Positions 36,501 to 45,128 of a stretch of DNA of 64,000 nucleotides are shown one piece after another. Origin of the DNA: Octopus bimaculoides (taxonomy: Eukaryota); the NCBI RefSeq assembly GCF_001194135.2, contig NC_068983.1:159063862-159127861 (forward strand). The letters run 5' to 3'. Positions within the stretch are counted from its first letter, which is position 1. Each line of letters begins with the position of its first letter. A model generated the notes under the pieces. The model did no database searches, was not told the origin of the DNA, and saw only the letters and a list, made by a program, of their open reading frames with translations. The position numbers and the translations under genes are program-made.

Positions 36501-37983
36501 TGAAAATAGCATTTAATACTTAAGCACAAAGCTGAAATTGTGGTAGGTGCTGGGAACAAGGTATCAGAAATCAGCCTTCTTCACTGAACACAAAATTATA
36601 GAAAAATGGAATTTCTGTTCTACTTTTTCTCATCTTTTATCTCACCTAATCCCTATTCTCTATCTCTACCTTCTGCCCTAATTATGTCATCTAACTGCAG
36701 AGCATATTTTACTTTTGGCAAACACTCTGAGCAGTTCTTAGTCTTTTACTCATGACTATTTCTGCAGTTAAGTATGCCAGTGCATCTGGTGCACTTAAAT
36801 TTGTTTCTGTAATCAGTGTCAGGAAATGCAGAATTCTTTGAAATATTTTTTGATGCTGTAAGATATTCAATTTAAATTACATTTACCTGTCACAAATTAC
36901 ATTTACCTTTATTGCATGTAGATTACGGTAATCCAATTATGTTACCTGATACAAATTGCATTTATTTTTATTGTTTGTAGATTGTTACTCGTTTGCACTA
37001 AATGTGATTATTGTTACCATGCTTAAGGTTTAATTCTATATTTTTGTTCTTTCTTTTTAAAGTAAAGCTGAGTCTTCCATTCGAGTTGTACGGATTCAAC
37101 TTAACAATGGTGAGCGTGTTGTTGGTATCCGTTACCCAGAACGTCTCATTGGTGAGGTTGAGAAAGTTCTCAGAGAACATCAGCTTGTCAATCAGTTGCA
37201 GATGATGAATAACAATGTTAGTATCCTTGCTATAATTTACCATATTCTCTATGGAATTTTATTTTTCTGATACGTTACTAGATATTTCTTTGTCATACTG
37301 TCTCTTTCTTTTTCTGTTTTTGTACTATATTTATTTTATTGATTATATATTTTTGCTTTTTGTTTCAGTCATCAACGCAGACCAATGACACTGTTATACC
37401 AAATTTTAATTCTTCATCGAACAAGTTCATCATTGAAGCCGCCTCTCCAGTGATTCCAAAATATGTTAACAAGGCATTTACTCCACAATTTAACATGCAC
37501 TCGTTTTTCAAGCCTAATGCACGTAGTCATGTGATGCCGTCTTCAATGAGCAGAAGTTCATGTAAAGTAAGACCGATGGAACAAAATCTGGTCAATGATT
37601 CCAACAATCAGCTCATGCCATACAATAGTGCACCGGCACAACATTCCTTATCCATTGCTAGCAGTGCTACAAGTAATAATTTCAATAAAGGAGTGTCTTG
37701 TAGTGCTATTTGCAGTAGCAGTGAGAGCAGTATTACCAGTGATCCTTACAAAATGAACATGTCCCGAAAACGGCGTTTTAACAACTACAGTTTTGATAAT
37801 TGCATTGATATGAATCGCAATTGCAAGCAACAAACTCTTGTGTCTCTTTTTGCTAAAAATACTGTCAATAGGCTGGAGAGTCCACTAGTAACTAGCCAGC
37901 AGTGTCCAGTATGCAGCATGAATTTTGAGCTGGGCACCACTAATGATCAGATCAATGCTCATGTTGATAACTGTCTTTTGTAA
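1..37983 (+). CDS. SBNO-like: Strawberry notch family (SBNO/FORGETTER1-like) helicase-like protein, 5'-partial, 13 exons in window, ~622 aa, with C-terminal PIP boxes and UBZ zinc finger
   Basis: Exons 1-72, 984-1069, 2100-2215, 2364-2444, 4009-4143, 4977-5038, 9907-10008, 14266-14439, 15454-15536, 35477-35560, 36124-36229, 37063-37216, 37369-37983. All introns are GT-AG. Phases are compatible (2,1,0,0,0,2,2,2,1,1,2,0). The spliced length from base 2 is 1869 nt = 623 codons including TAA. Motifs [60 protein letters not shown], LCGS and GERVVG align with the SBNO1 C-terminal half as recalled. Confidence 0.95.
611..673 (-). mobile_element. Repeat family A, 3' end fragment (RTE-associated tail ending ...ggacgttaaacgatgatg)
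   Basis: (cat)n-cgtttaacgtccgctttccatgctagcatgggttgga, shared with >=15 copies in the window. Confidence 0.85.
984..1069 (+). CDS. SBNO-like: SBNO-like exon
   Basis: tttcag acceptor; (S)[28 protein letters not shown](G); donor gtaaat. Confidence 0.95.
1287..1543 (+). mobile_element. Repeat family A copy (young)
   Basis: Near-identical to 7723-7970, 19708-19900 and 21600-21927; ends gcggacgttaaacgacgaagaag. Confidence 0.9.
1788..1925 (+). mobile_element. Degenerate tRNA-derived SINE head
   Basis: A-box-like tggcgtagtgg, B-box-like gatttgattccc, then a core-like ttggacaagatacttta; similar to 62780-62960 and 45485-45597. Confidence 0.55.
2100..2215 (+). CDS. SBNO-like: SBNO-like exon
   Basis: aatag acceptor; [38 protein letters not shown]; donor gtgagt. 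Confidence 0.95.
2364..2444 (+). CDS. SBNO-like: SBNO-like exon
   Basis: tttttgcag acceptor; 81 nt phase 0-0; SELVPGIAFNSVKQNVDTIDNFHKILQ; donor gtttga. Confidence 0.85.
2730..3290 (-). mobile_element. CR1/L2-group LINE 3' fragment (degenerate)
   Basis: Minus-strand translation LLTLYKAQVRPT...NIQRKIIQL and later SYPSCPEHQL, resembling the post-RT C-terminal region of CR1/L2-type ORF2; frameshifted. Confidence 0.7.
3709..3871. mobile_element. piggyBac-type MITE
   Basis: TTAA at 3705-3708 and 3872-3875; TIRs CCCTTTTGATATCA / TGATAACAAAAGGG (14 bp, 1 mismatch); a related left end lies at ~19547. Confidence 0.85.
4009..4143 (+). CDS. SBNO-like: SBNO-like exon
   Basis: [45 protein letters not shown]; contains the family motif KFLNRILG; donor gtaatt. 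Confidence 0.95.
4977..5038 (+). CDS. SBNO-like: SBNO-like exon
   Basis: tcacag acceptor; IFNYFIQCLDITIQNAKREG(K); donor gtaagt. Confidence 0.92.
5140..5300 (+). mobile_element. Helentron/DINE-1-like non-autonomous element fragment
   Basis: (gtct)n then gatatctcaagaaccactagatggatttggatgaaacttt, a motif typical of HINE/DINE-1-like cores. Confidence 0.5.
5340..5545 (+). mobile_element. Repeat family A, older diverged copy
   Basis: ggtatccagctgtagaaac...gccagtatggaaaatgggcattaaatgat. Confidence 0.7.
5942..6535 (-). mobile_element. Repeat family A, long copy with internal N gap
   Basis: (cat)n tail at 5942, family core, internal ~60-70-bp subrepeats, upstream part extending to ~6535. Confidence 0.85.
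7576..7970 (+). mobile_element. Repeat family A copy (young) with subrepeats
   Basis: Repeated ccgttgccagt..ctggactggct units followed by the family core and tail. Confidence 0.9.
9907..10008 (+). CDS. SBNO-like: SBNO-like exon
   Basis: ttttag acceptor; YNEGLLDITASSVEMVGEPKEVFKDLTKGNTVT(K); 102 nt phase 2-2; donor gtaagt. Confidence 0.92.
10650..11047 (+). mobile_element. Repeat family A, older copy interrupted by a SINE
   Basis: ggaaggacatccagctgtagaaacc...|SINE|...ccagcatggaaaaaggaaccttaattgatgatgatg. Confidence 0.75.
10744..10971 (-). mobile_element. tRNA-derived SINE, full length, with 13-16-bp TSD
   Basis: Reverse complement of 51738-51964; flanked by ctctggctcatctgtt at 10728-10743 and 10969-10984. 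Confidence 0.92.
12389..12622 (-). mobile_element. Repeat family A copy (young)
   Basis: gtcgtcgtcgtttaacgtccgctttccatgctagc...ggcaacggccacgctc. Confidence 0.9.
14234..14240 (+). promoter_or_regulatory. Consensus branch point TACTAAC upstream of the exon at 14266
   Basis: Perfect TACTAAC ~25 nt upstream of the AG acceptor at 14264-14265. Confidence 0.7.
14266..14439 (+). CDS. SBNO-like: SBNO-like exon
   Basis: LVVLNVDRGMKYEQALSMYENHKGKGGFYLSKGQPFGRKLCLLALSKDNSKNIFKVA(R); 174 nt phase 2-2; VDRGM and GFYLS motifs. Confidence 0.93.
15454..15536 (+). CDS. SBNO-like: SBNO-like exon
   Basis: PNTGVSAFEMEKSDLHAKYSKISLIDA(E); completes the RPNTG motif; donor gtaaat. Confidence 0.93.
16160..17000 (-). 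mobile_element. RTE-clade LINE reverse transcriptase fragment interrupted by a family A copy (16580-16715)
   Basis: GKA.PSGITAGYLKISG...SFVPVRSITDAILLMRKLQKYLAK...QAITEVFKTSC..L..ADDL, with stops and frameshifts. Confidence 0.8.
17340..18400 (-). mobile_element. RTE-clade LINE RT and C-terminal fragment
   Basis: SFVPRKNTIINAIFADRQLQERHL...IWWLLRKLRVDEWL..FSVQVGVQQ, followed by degenerate RTE C-terminal sequence. Confidence 0.8.
18893..19200 (-). mobile_element. Repeat family A copy (young)
   Basis: (cat)n cgtttaatgtccgctttccatgctagc... with subrepeats. Confidence 0.9.
19708..19900 (+). mobile_element. Repeat family A copy (young)
   Basis: Family core and (gat)n tail. Confidence 0.9.
21600..21927 (+). 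mobile_element. Repeat family A copy (young) with subrepeats
   Basis: Family core and (gat)n tail. Confidence 0.9.
22222..22658 (+). mobile_element. tRNA-derived SINE with internal (TA)/(TG) microsatellite
   Basis: A box TGGCTGTGTGG 22232-22242, B box GGTTCAGTCCC 22275-22285, tail gtaaaagagtaaaagag; 3' part recurs at 48070-48200 and 48570-48740. Confidence 0.88.
23915..24297 (+). mobile_element. Degenerate tRNA-derived SINE, same head as 22222 but family-A-like tail
   Basis: caccttagacaagtgtcttct...gaccaagaccttgtgaatggatttgg, then gaagggcatccagctgtagaaa...gtggatgtgaaacgatgatgatg. Confidence 0.7.
25296..25540 (-). mobile_element. Repeat family A, older copy inserted at a (TA)n tract
   Basis: catcaccatttaatgttcattttccacacaggcgtcggttggacag... 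Confidence 0.7.
35477..35560 (+). CDS. SBNO-like: SBNO-like exon with Cys/His cluster, after a 19.9-kb intron
   Basis: ttttag acceptor; KAWQEQHEATEDHCMHGRLCRNRGACT(V); 84 nt phase 1-1; corresponds to the W..Q....C.H....C....C segment of SBNO proteins. Confidence 0.9.
36124..36229 (+). CDS. SBNO-like: SBNO-like exon
   Basis: cctag/ttag acceptor after pyrimidine tract; GSRCYFMHLLCGSIITLMSVLEAVIARHSYQMHL(S); donor gtaggt. Confidence 0.92.
37063..37216 (+). CDS. SBNO-like: SBNO-like exon (end of conserved Strawberry notch C-terminal region)
   Basis: KAESSIRVVRIQLNNGERVVGIRYPERLIGEVEKVLREHQLVNQLQMMNNN; donor gttagt. Confidence 0.9.
37369..37983 (+). CDS. SBNO-like: SBNO-like terminal exon: Ser/Asn-rich tail with PIP boxes, NLS and UBZ zinc finger
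   Basis: tgtttcag acceptor; in frame with the previous exon; 204 codons plus TAA; ends CPVCSMNFELGTTNDQINAHVDNCLL*. Confidence 0.9.
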   Translation, partial: SSTQTNDTVIPNFNSSSNKFIIEAASPVIPKYVNKAFTPQFNMHSFFKPNARSHVMPSSMSRSSCKVRPMEQNLVNDSNNQLMPYNSAPAQHSLSIASSATSNNFNKGVSCSAICSSSESSITSDPYKMNMSRKRRFNNYSFDNCIDMNRNCKQQTLVSLFAKNTVNRLESPLVTSQQCPVCSMNFELGTTNDQINAHVDNCLL

Positions 37984-38097
37984 CAGGCAACTAACTCATT
38001 TTTTTTAAGTTATTCAAAATTGAAAGAAGAAAACATGAAAAAAAGGAACAGCACATTTTTTTTTGTTGATTTTTTAGTATTGAAGGAGACATACGTA

Positions 38098-38103
38098 AAT
38101 AAA
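38098..38103 (+). terminator. Candidate polyadenylation signal AATAAA of the SBNO-like gene
   Basis: First AATAAA ~115 nt after the stop, followed by a GT/T-rich stretch at ~38144-38165; AT-rich context makes a chance match possible. Confidence 0.4.
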
Positions 38104-38180
38104 CCTAACACTTATATAACATTAAATACTAATTTAAATTAAAAGTTTGTGTTGTTGTTTTTTTATTTAAATATTGTGTT

Positions 38181-38230
<50 letters not shown>

Positions 38231-41200
38231 AATTGCTTGCAGGGACAAATTAACCTGCTTTTTTTATAAACAAAAAATGAAAAAGGGAACACTTCTCCTG
38301 AATCTATTTCTTTTGATGTAGTGGTGTATTGTATTAGGTTACATCCTACAGTGTTTAGTGTTGTCTCCAGTTTCATATGTACAAATTTGGTTATCTTTTC
38401 TAGAAACTTGCAGGTCAGGTCTCCTCCCCCAACACCAAATTAGAGAAATATATTTTGGTTGAGTGCTATTTGCTGCAATCCTATAATTTGATTGTCAAAA
38501 CGAGCCTGTTAATGTACAGCTGGAGGACAGACAATTGTCAGAATTGTGTATGTGTGTGTGAGATGTGCATGTATATATGAGAATGTGTGTGTATCTATAT
38601 ATAATACTGGTAAACATTGGGAAGTTGACACCATGGAATTACTGATTCTGTAGCCCTCTTAATACTGCAGTATTAGTTCCAGTGTGCAAATATTAAACTT
38701 TTGCTGAGCTGATAGCTCTGTCTGTCTACTGAGCATAGGGTTGAAATGACTAATATCTGTCACCATTGCTGCATTGGCTTATTCTTACTAAATTTTCTTA
38801 TTTAGGCTGTAAATGGGTACCATTTGAATCATATCCTTTTACTGTAGGAAGTAGGACTTTATTTAGTTAACATGTGTCCTCTAAGTTTGCAGTGCTGAGT
38901 TCAAGTCTTGCTTTGAGTTAAGAGAAGGTAGTTTGAAGTATTATATCAAATTACATCAATAGATATAAATAGACTATAAATCACTTCAGTGAAGATTGCT
39001 ATTTAATATCATATTAAATTTACAAGCCTCCCCCCACTTAAATTCCACAATGATAACATATTATAATTTGGTTATATATTATTTTGATATTACAAGTTTT
39101 TACTTGAGTACTGTAAATTTACATAAGTCAGTTGTTTTGTATACACACATTGTAGAGGAATGGAAATATTTAGCCACAGGTTAACCCTGATCAAGCAAAC
39201 TTATGATTGAAAATATCCTACCCATGATCCCCCCTTTTTTTTTTACAGTTATGTCTAGTACTATACTAATCCAAGGGAATCTTATATAAAGCTGAAGTGT
39301 GATTTGAATTGATAGAAATATTAGGCAGGTTAAGTGTTTACTTGTTACTAATAAATTCTTCTATTCACTGCTAATGCTATACACCAATCATTCTATGATT
39401 GGTCCACATTCCTCTGTTAGGGGCATAGGGCTGGTTTCCCAGTTTTTCTGGCATATATATTCCTTTCTGGACAGGAATCAAAACCACAATCTTACAGTCA
39501 TGAGCCCAACACTGTAATGACAAAGTCATTGCCTCCACACAATTATACTATACTTTACACCAGGAAAGACTAACTATTTCTAAAAATATTTTTTCTTAGT
39601 TTTGTAAATCTTAGATTCATATAAAATTGGTTCAAATTCCACTAGTTCCTGTCTTGATTGATAAACTAAATACCAGTTATGTACACTGGCCTTGGTACAA
39701 CAGTTATTTTCTGAGACATTCCATGAAGAAGACTAATCTGAATCTATTTGGTTTCTAACATCTAAAAGTAGCTGATGGTTTTTGGTGTCAATATTTGTTT
39801 TCTATGATCTCATTGTTTTACAAATGTATCCCATTAATCCTAGTTTATTCTCTTCCTGTAAATGTTTGTTCACACCTCATTTTATTGATAATGTAAAACT
39901 TTTGCTACAGAATAAAATATCTTTGATGTAAATGGAGAGCCTCTTCCACATCAGCAATACTAGAAAGGAAGAAAAGTATTTTGTATTGCTGTCTATTATT
40001 GAGCTATTTCTTTTAGTCTTGGTCTTTCTCACTTCCTTTTCTGTCTCACATACACATACTTGTTTTAAAATGGAATTAGTAGACAAACATTCAGGTTAGG
40101 TGAGAGGTTCATACACAAAGTATTGATTCTTTCAGATATTGTTTTACAGCATTTTTTATATGAAGAATACAATTAAATGAACCACCTAAAATCTGAAATT
40201 CCATTTAATATCGAACCAGTTTCTCTTCTGTAGACTATACAGAACTTTCTAGAATCTTTAATTTAATGTTTGAAGTCTCAGTTTTTTCCCAATTTGACTA
40301 AACCATTACATTTTTCTAATTTAATCTTACGAATCTGTTGATTGCAGATGAACAAAGATACATAGTTTGTAAGTTTCATGCTGTCAATGTTATTTGAAAT
40401 GAGATTTGCTTAAAGATCAGTCAAATGAGCATTCATTATTTTGCCTAACATAAAATATATTGAATTTTACATAACGAATTAGGATGATTCTTCTGTTTCT
40501 ATAAATTGACTTATTGCAGACATTAATCTTATACTTTGTTAACCTCTTCACATCCAAGTTTGGTTATTTCAATTTAGCTTTTTGTCTAACAATCTCATGT
40601 GCTGTAGCATGTTCAGATCCAAACTGACAGCAAATAAATCAACTAAGCTTAGATGTTAGCTAGAACTGCACTCTTTGTTCCCCAGAGTTTAATGATCAAT
40701 AATTTGTTGGGTAGTGAGTCGAGTTTCTGTCTTTCTGATTATCATTTCAGCTGACATGGTTAGAAATAACTTCCTTGTTTCACTGAGGTTTACTCAATTT
40801 CTCGCGTCAGTGAAGTGCTTGTATGAATATTTGAAAATACGAGTATCTATTAAGATAGTTTTTGTTTATTAACTTTCAGTGAATGAATACATTGTGTAAG
40901 CATCTAAAAATATTACTTTCAAAGACCAAACTAGTCACATATTTCCATATATCACTAAATACGAAGATCTTAGTCTTTTTTTTCTTTTTTAACATAGTTC
41001 ATGGTTTTTAGAGGATATTTTACTGAGCATAGTCAGACCAAATACTTTCACACCATTTAAGTTCATTTACAAATAGAAAATAAGGATTCTTGGTCCTGCC
41101 CTGATTTCAGCAGATATATATATATGTACACCTGAACAAAGTATTTGAAGAGAAACTTTCCATCAGAAATGGATTGTCTTTATTTTATTCAAAACCACCT

Positions 41201-41539
41201 TTATTGAACAAGTATATTGTCCAATTTTCAAAATACAAAGAGCATTTAAGTTGTTAGTAACAATAATAATAAATTGAAAAACATTCTTTTATGAATTCTG
41301 AAAATAAGATATTGAAAATATTGGCACAATAAATTTTAAATATCAATGAACAAATTGAGAGGATTTAAAACCTTTGAATTAAAATTATAATACAAATGTT
41401 ATATTTTCTTATTAGTTGCACATAACCAGTTTTCTTTTCAAAATTCAAAAAGCGTAATCTTCAGATTCAAAATGAATTGTATTTGAGACTGAAAATGGTC
41501 ATTGGAGCTAATGCTTGTTCCAATTTTAATTTTTGACCA

Positions 41540-42200
41540 CGCTCATATCATTACCTGTACATATTTGAATGACATCCTGTTAGGATTTGAACCTTGTACT
41601 TACTTGCACTTGTGTCGGCGTTCACCCAAGATGAATTGAGCCGGTTCCAATCAGTGAATCCACAGCACCACAAACAAAATGACCATATTCAGCGATCACG
41701 GACACCCTACGTGAAAATCGTCAACTAGTGGCGATTTGAACAACGGACACCTGATATGCGAGGACAAATACTGATTAAAGATCCGACTTGATTGTACTAG
41801 TCCCCGTTGCTAGCTTCCCACCACGCCATTACGATATCCTATTAACGTTAACAGTGCATTTGCATCCGTGGAAATGCGCTGAAAAATTAGGCGAAACTAT
41901 CAACGAAATCATCCTAAGTACATGAATCACATTGAAGGAAGAAAGAGCTCTCATCGATTGTAAGCTCTCGCTGGTGGTTCAACAGCTCTAGTGTCAAAGC
42001 TGATAAAAACTGTCAAAGACTGCCATCGCATTATTTTACTCCGTATAAGGTTAATGCAGAATTGAAATAATTACTTATAGATAATAAGCAAGATGTACTT
42101 AGCGCACGATGCTATATCGTCATCAACTCCTATGTGTGAAACGACTCAGAGAAGCACAATCAGTGTTGGTCTGGATCCATTAACGATAACAAAGCCAACC
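41540..42200 (-). promoter_or_regulatory. CpG-rich putative promoter/first exon of a minus-strand transcription unit
   Basis: Abrupt rise in CpG; minus-strand donors GCAA|gtaagt (~41603) and ACAG|gtaat (~41554); YY1-like AATGGCG near 41830; no long ORF. Confidence 0.35.
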
Positions 42201-42582
42201 CATGTAAAGTTTATCACCGACTACTCGTAGACCTAAGTATTAGGCTGGTACTTAATATATATCGACCATAAGCGAATGAATGACACCTTGCAGTAGACTG
42301 GAAGGAACACCACAAGGGGCGTTGTGTCCAACGCTCTAACGATTCTGCGACTGAGCTACTTCGCTTGAATGAACAGTTATGTATATATGTGTATATGTAT
42401 ACATACTTATAAATAAGTATGCATATATTTGTATATATGTATGTATGTATGTATAAAATCTCAATGATTTTATGTGAAGATATATATGAGAACAATTTAG
42501 CATTAAACTGAAAGATCACATAATCCTTTTTTAGCTGAGTACATATTCGGTTTTGCAAAAAAAAAAAAAAAAAAAAAAAAAA

Positions 42583-43068
42583 NNNNNNNNNNNNNNNNNN
42601 NNNNNNNNNNNNNNNNNNNNNNNNNNNNNNNNNNNNNNNNNNNNNNNNNNNNNNNNNNNNNNNNNNNNNNNNNNNNNNNNNNNNNNNNNNNNNNNNNNNN
42701 NNNNNNNNNNNNNNNNNNNNNNNNNNNNNNNNNNNNNNNNNNNNNNNNNNNNNNNNNNNNNNNNNNNNNNNNNNNNNNNNNNNNNNNNNNNNNNNNNNNN
42801 NNNNNNNNNNNNNNNNNNNNNNNNNNNNNNNNNNNNNNNNNNNNNNNNNNNNNNNNNNNNNNNNNNNNNNNNNNNNNNNNNNNNNNNNNNNNNNNNNNNN
42901 NNNNNNNNNNNNNNNNNNNNNNNNNNNNNNNNNNNNNNNNNNNNNNNNNNNNNNNNNNNNNNNNNNNNNNNNNNNNNNNNNNNNNNNNNNNNNNNNNNNN
43001 NNNNNNNNNNNNNNNNNNNNNNNNNNNNNNNNNNNNNNNNNNNNNNNNNNNNNNNNNNNNNNNNNNNN
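42583..43068. other. Assembly gap (N run); others at 6195-6256, 22397-22436, 33009-33018, 48214-48517, 56416-56812, 58600-58720, 63156-63417
   Basis: N runs visible in the sequence. Confidence 1.
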
Positions 43069-43500
43069 GCGCGTCGTGTAGAGACACAACGAAATCTTCA
43101 AATGCCGAGATATGGAATGACAGAATTCCACCCCCCCCACTCTTCTATGTTGTCTTTTCATGCTTTTCAGTCTGGTTAAACTTATATATATATATGTGTG
43201 TGTTTGTGTCTGTGTGCACGCCCGCATCACCCCACACCACTCACACACATGGATACCTTCCTATATATGCACTCAACACTCCGCTTCTTGATATGTTCCT
43301 AATTCCTCCCCGTAGAACGGCATTCTCACGTGGCACCTAGAATTATCTTGTTCCTTTTTTTCCACCACCTTTTCTCCTTTTCGTTTTTATGATAAAGGAC
43401 TAGCGTCCGAAACGTTAAGGAACTGTTCCCTTCCCTTTCAAATGCTAGACTAATAACACGTTTATTAGAATTTGTCCCTCTTGCCTTTTTCTTGTTTTTT
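43069..43500 (+). mobile_element. Penelope-like element relic (degenerate endonuclease tail, microsatellite, hammerhead-like motif)
   Basis: Same layout as 57405-58345; motif ATGATAA-A-GGAC-tagc-GTCC-GAAAC-GTT at 43389-43416. Confidence 0.45.
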
Positions 43501-45128
43501 TTTTTCATTCAGTGTATGTATGTATGATATTTCTTTGAGTTTTATCTAAATTTTTCTTAAGAGAGTTCAAGCCAGTTGCTAAGAAATCGACAAGACTTTT
43601 GAGTTAAGAGAGTTCCCGATATTTGCAAATATGTGGTTGAGTTGGTGTGTTGGTTGAACTGTCGAAGCATACATCCAAGTATGTGCATCTATTCACATAA
43701 GAATCTCAGATGGAGAACTTTTGGAACGTCTTACGAAACTTCACTAGGCTCCTAATAGATTGGATTTAAAGAAACTGTGTCATTTTCATTTGCTCTTTCT
43801 TTTTTCGTGAAACCGAGTATTTCTAAGTTTTTCTGGAAGTTTGTTGGTACATGCCCTAATACACTATGACGAGACGTACAAATAAGAACATATTGCCAGA
43901 GTACATGCGATGTATGTATGTGTGTATGTGTGTATGTCATTCAGTTTTATTTCAAGATTTTCTGCCAATAGAGAAAGAGCCGGTTTCTAACCTAGAGCTA
44001 AGGCTCCTTCAGTGAAATTTCAACATCAACAGGGTATGTATGCATGTATGTATGCATGTATATATGTATGTATGCTAATATTTTTTGCATCACGCAATTT
44101 ATTTCACTCCGTTTCAAGTATGAATTATCATTATAGTTGATATTTCGACATAAATCGCTCACGACCGAATTATAATTACTTGCCTTCTGACATCAATTTC
44201 GCTTCGTTTGTTAAACTTTCATGTATGCACAACAGCAGGTTTTTCTGTGATAAGTCCAGAAAATTCAGTTATGCATTTCAGTAATATTTTAAAGCAGAAT
44301 GTTAGCTTAGCAGACAAACTAATTGGAAAAATCAGTAAAATACATTGTTTTGCGCAAATTTGTTTTCTACGACTTTAATTAAACTTGTATAAACTGTATT
44401 TCTTGTGGACGCGCCAATGGTGGAAATGGGTTTCAAGGACTAGTAATATGCCAAGATGAGAATGCTATTGCGAAGGTGTGTGTATATGTATGTGTGTGTA
44501 TGTGTGTGTGTGTGTGTGTTTGTGTGTGTGTGTTGTGTGTGGTAAACACTAAGTCTATACCTCATGAACTCAAACTAAGGGAACACCTTACATACCTTCT
44601 ATTTCTACCACCAATTTTAACTGTACACAAACATCTGCAAAACCAAATCTTGCATACACATACATATACGCACGTGCGCGCACGCACACACACACACACA
44701 CGCCCACACCAATATACACATGCAACACTCTGGAGTATAGCCTGGGGTGTAACCATTCTATATCCTAGCATTTGGATGGAAAATTCAGTGAGACCGTCTC
44801 TCTCTCTGTGTCTGTCTCTCTCTCTTTGTCTCTCTCTCTCTTTGTCTCTCTCTCTCCTTCACCGGAAAGCAATTTGTACACTAACAACTCTATATTTGCA
44901 AAGCTGCTAGAAGTCTCTGTTCATGAAAATTTGCCAAAATTAGAAGGCTTAATGTCGATGTGACAATTTTAATCAACAGAATTAAGTTTGAAGAATATCC
45001 AAAGTCCAGCAATCTGAATTATGCTTAGGGCGTTTTTTCTCGAAATATTAGTTACACAAAGAATTTAGTACGGAAAGAGATGAAACAATTTGCTTAACAA
45101 ACATACGTTCTGTTTGTATTAGTTAAAT

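Noticed and set aside
37339-37368. ATG/start of the 214-aa ORF as an independent gene
   Set aside because: The first 10 codons are the polypyrimidine tract and acceptor; the ORF is the terminal exon of the SBNO-like gene.
37221-37368. True U12-type intron
   Set aside because: The donor matches GTATCCTT but no U12 branch consensus is visible and the frame to the tail requires the 37217 donor; kept only as an alternative-donor hypothesis.
39720-39780. C/D-box snoRNA-like ATGAAGA...CTGA...CTGA with 3-bp terminal stem
   Set aside because: Imperfect C box, short (~58 nt), no recognisable guide complementarity; expected by chance.
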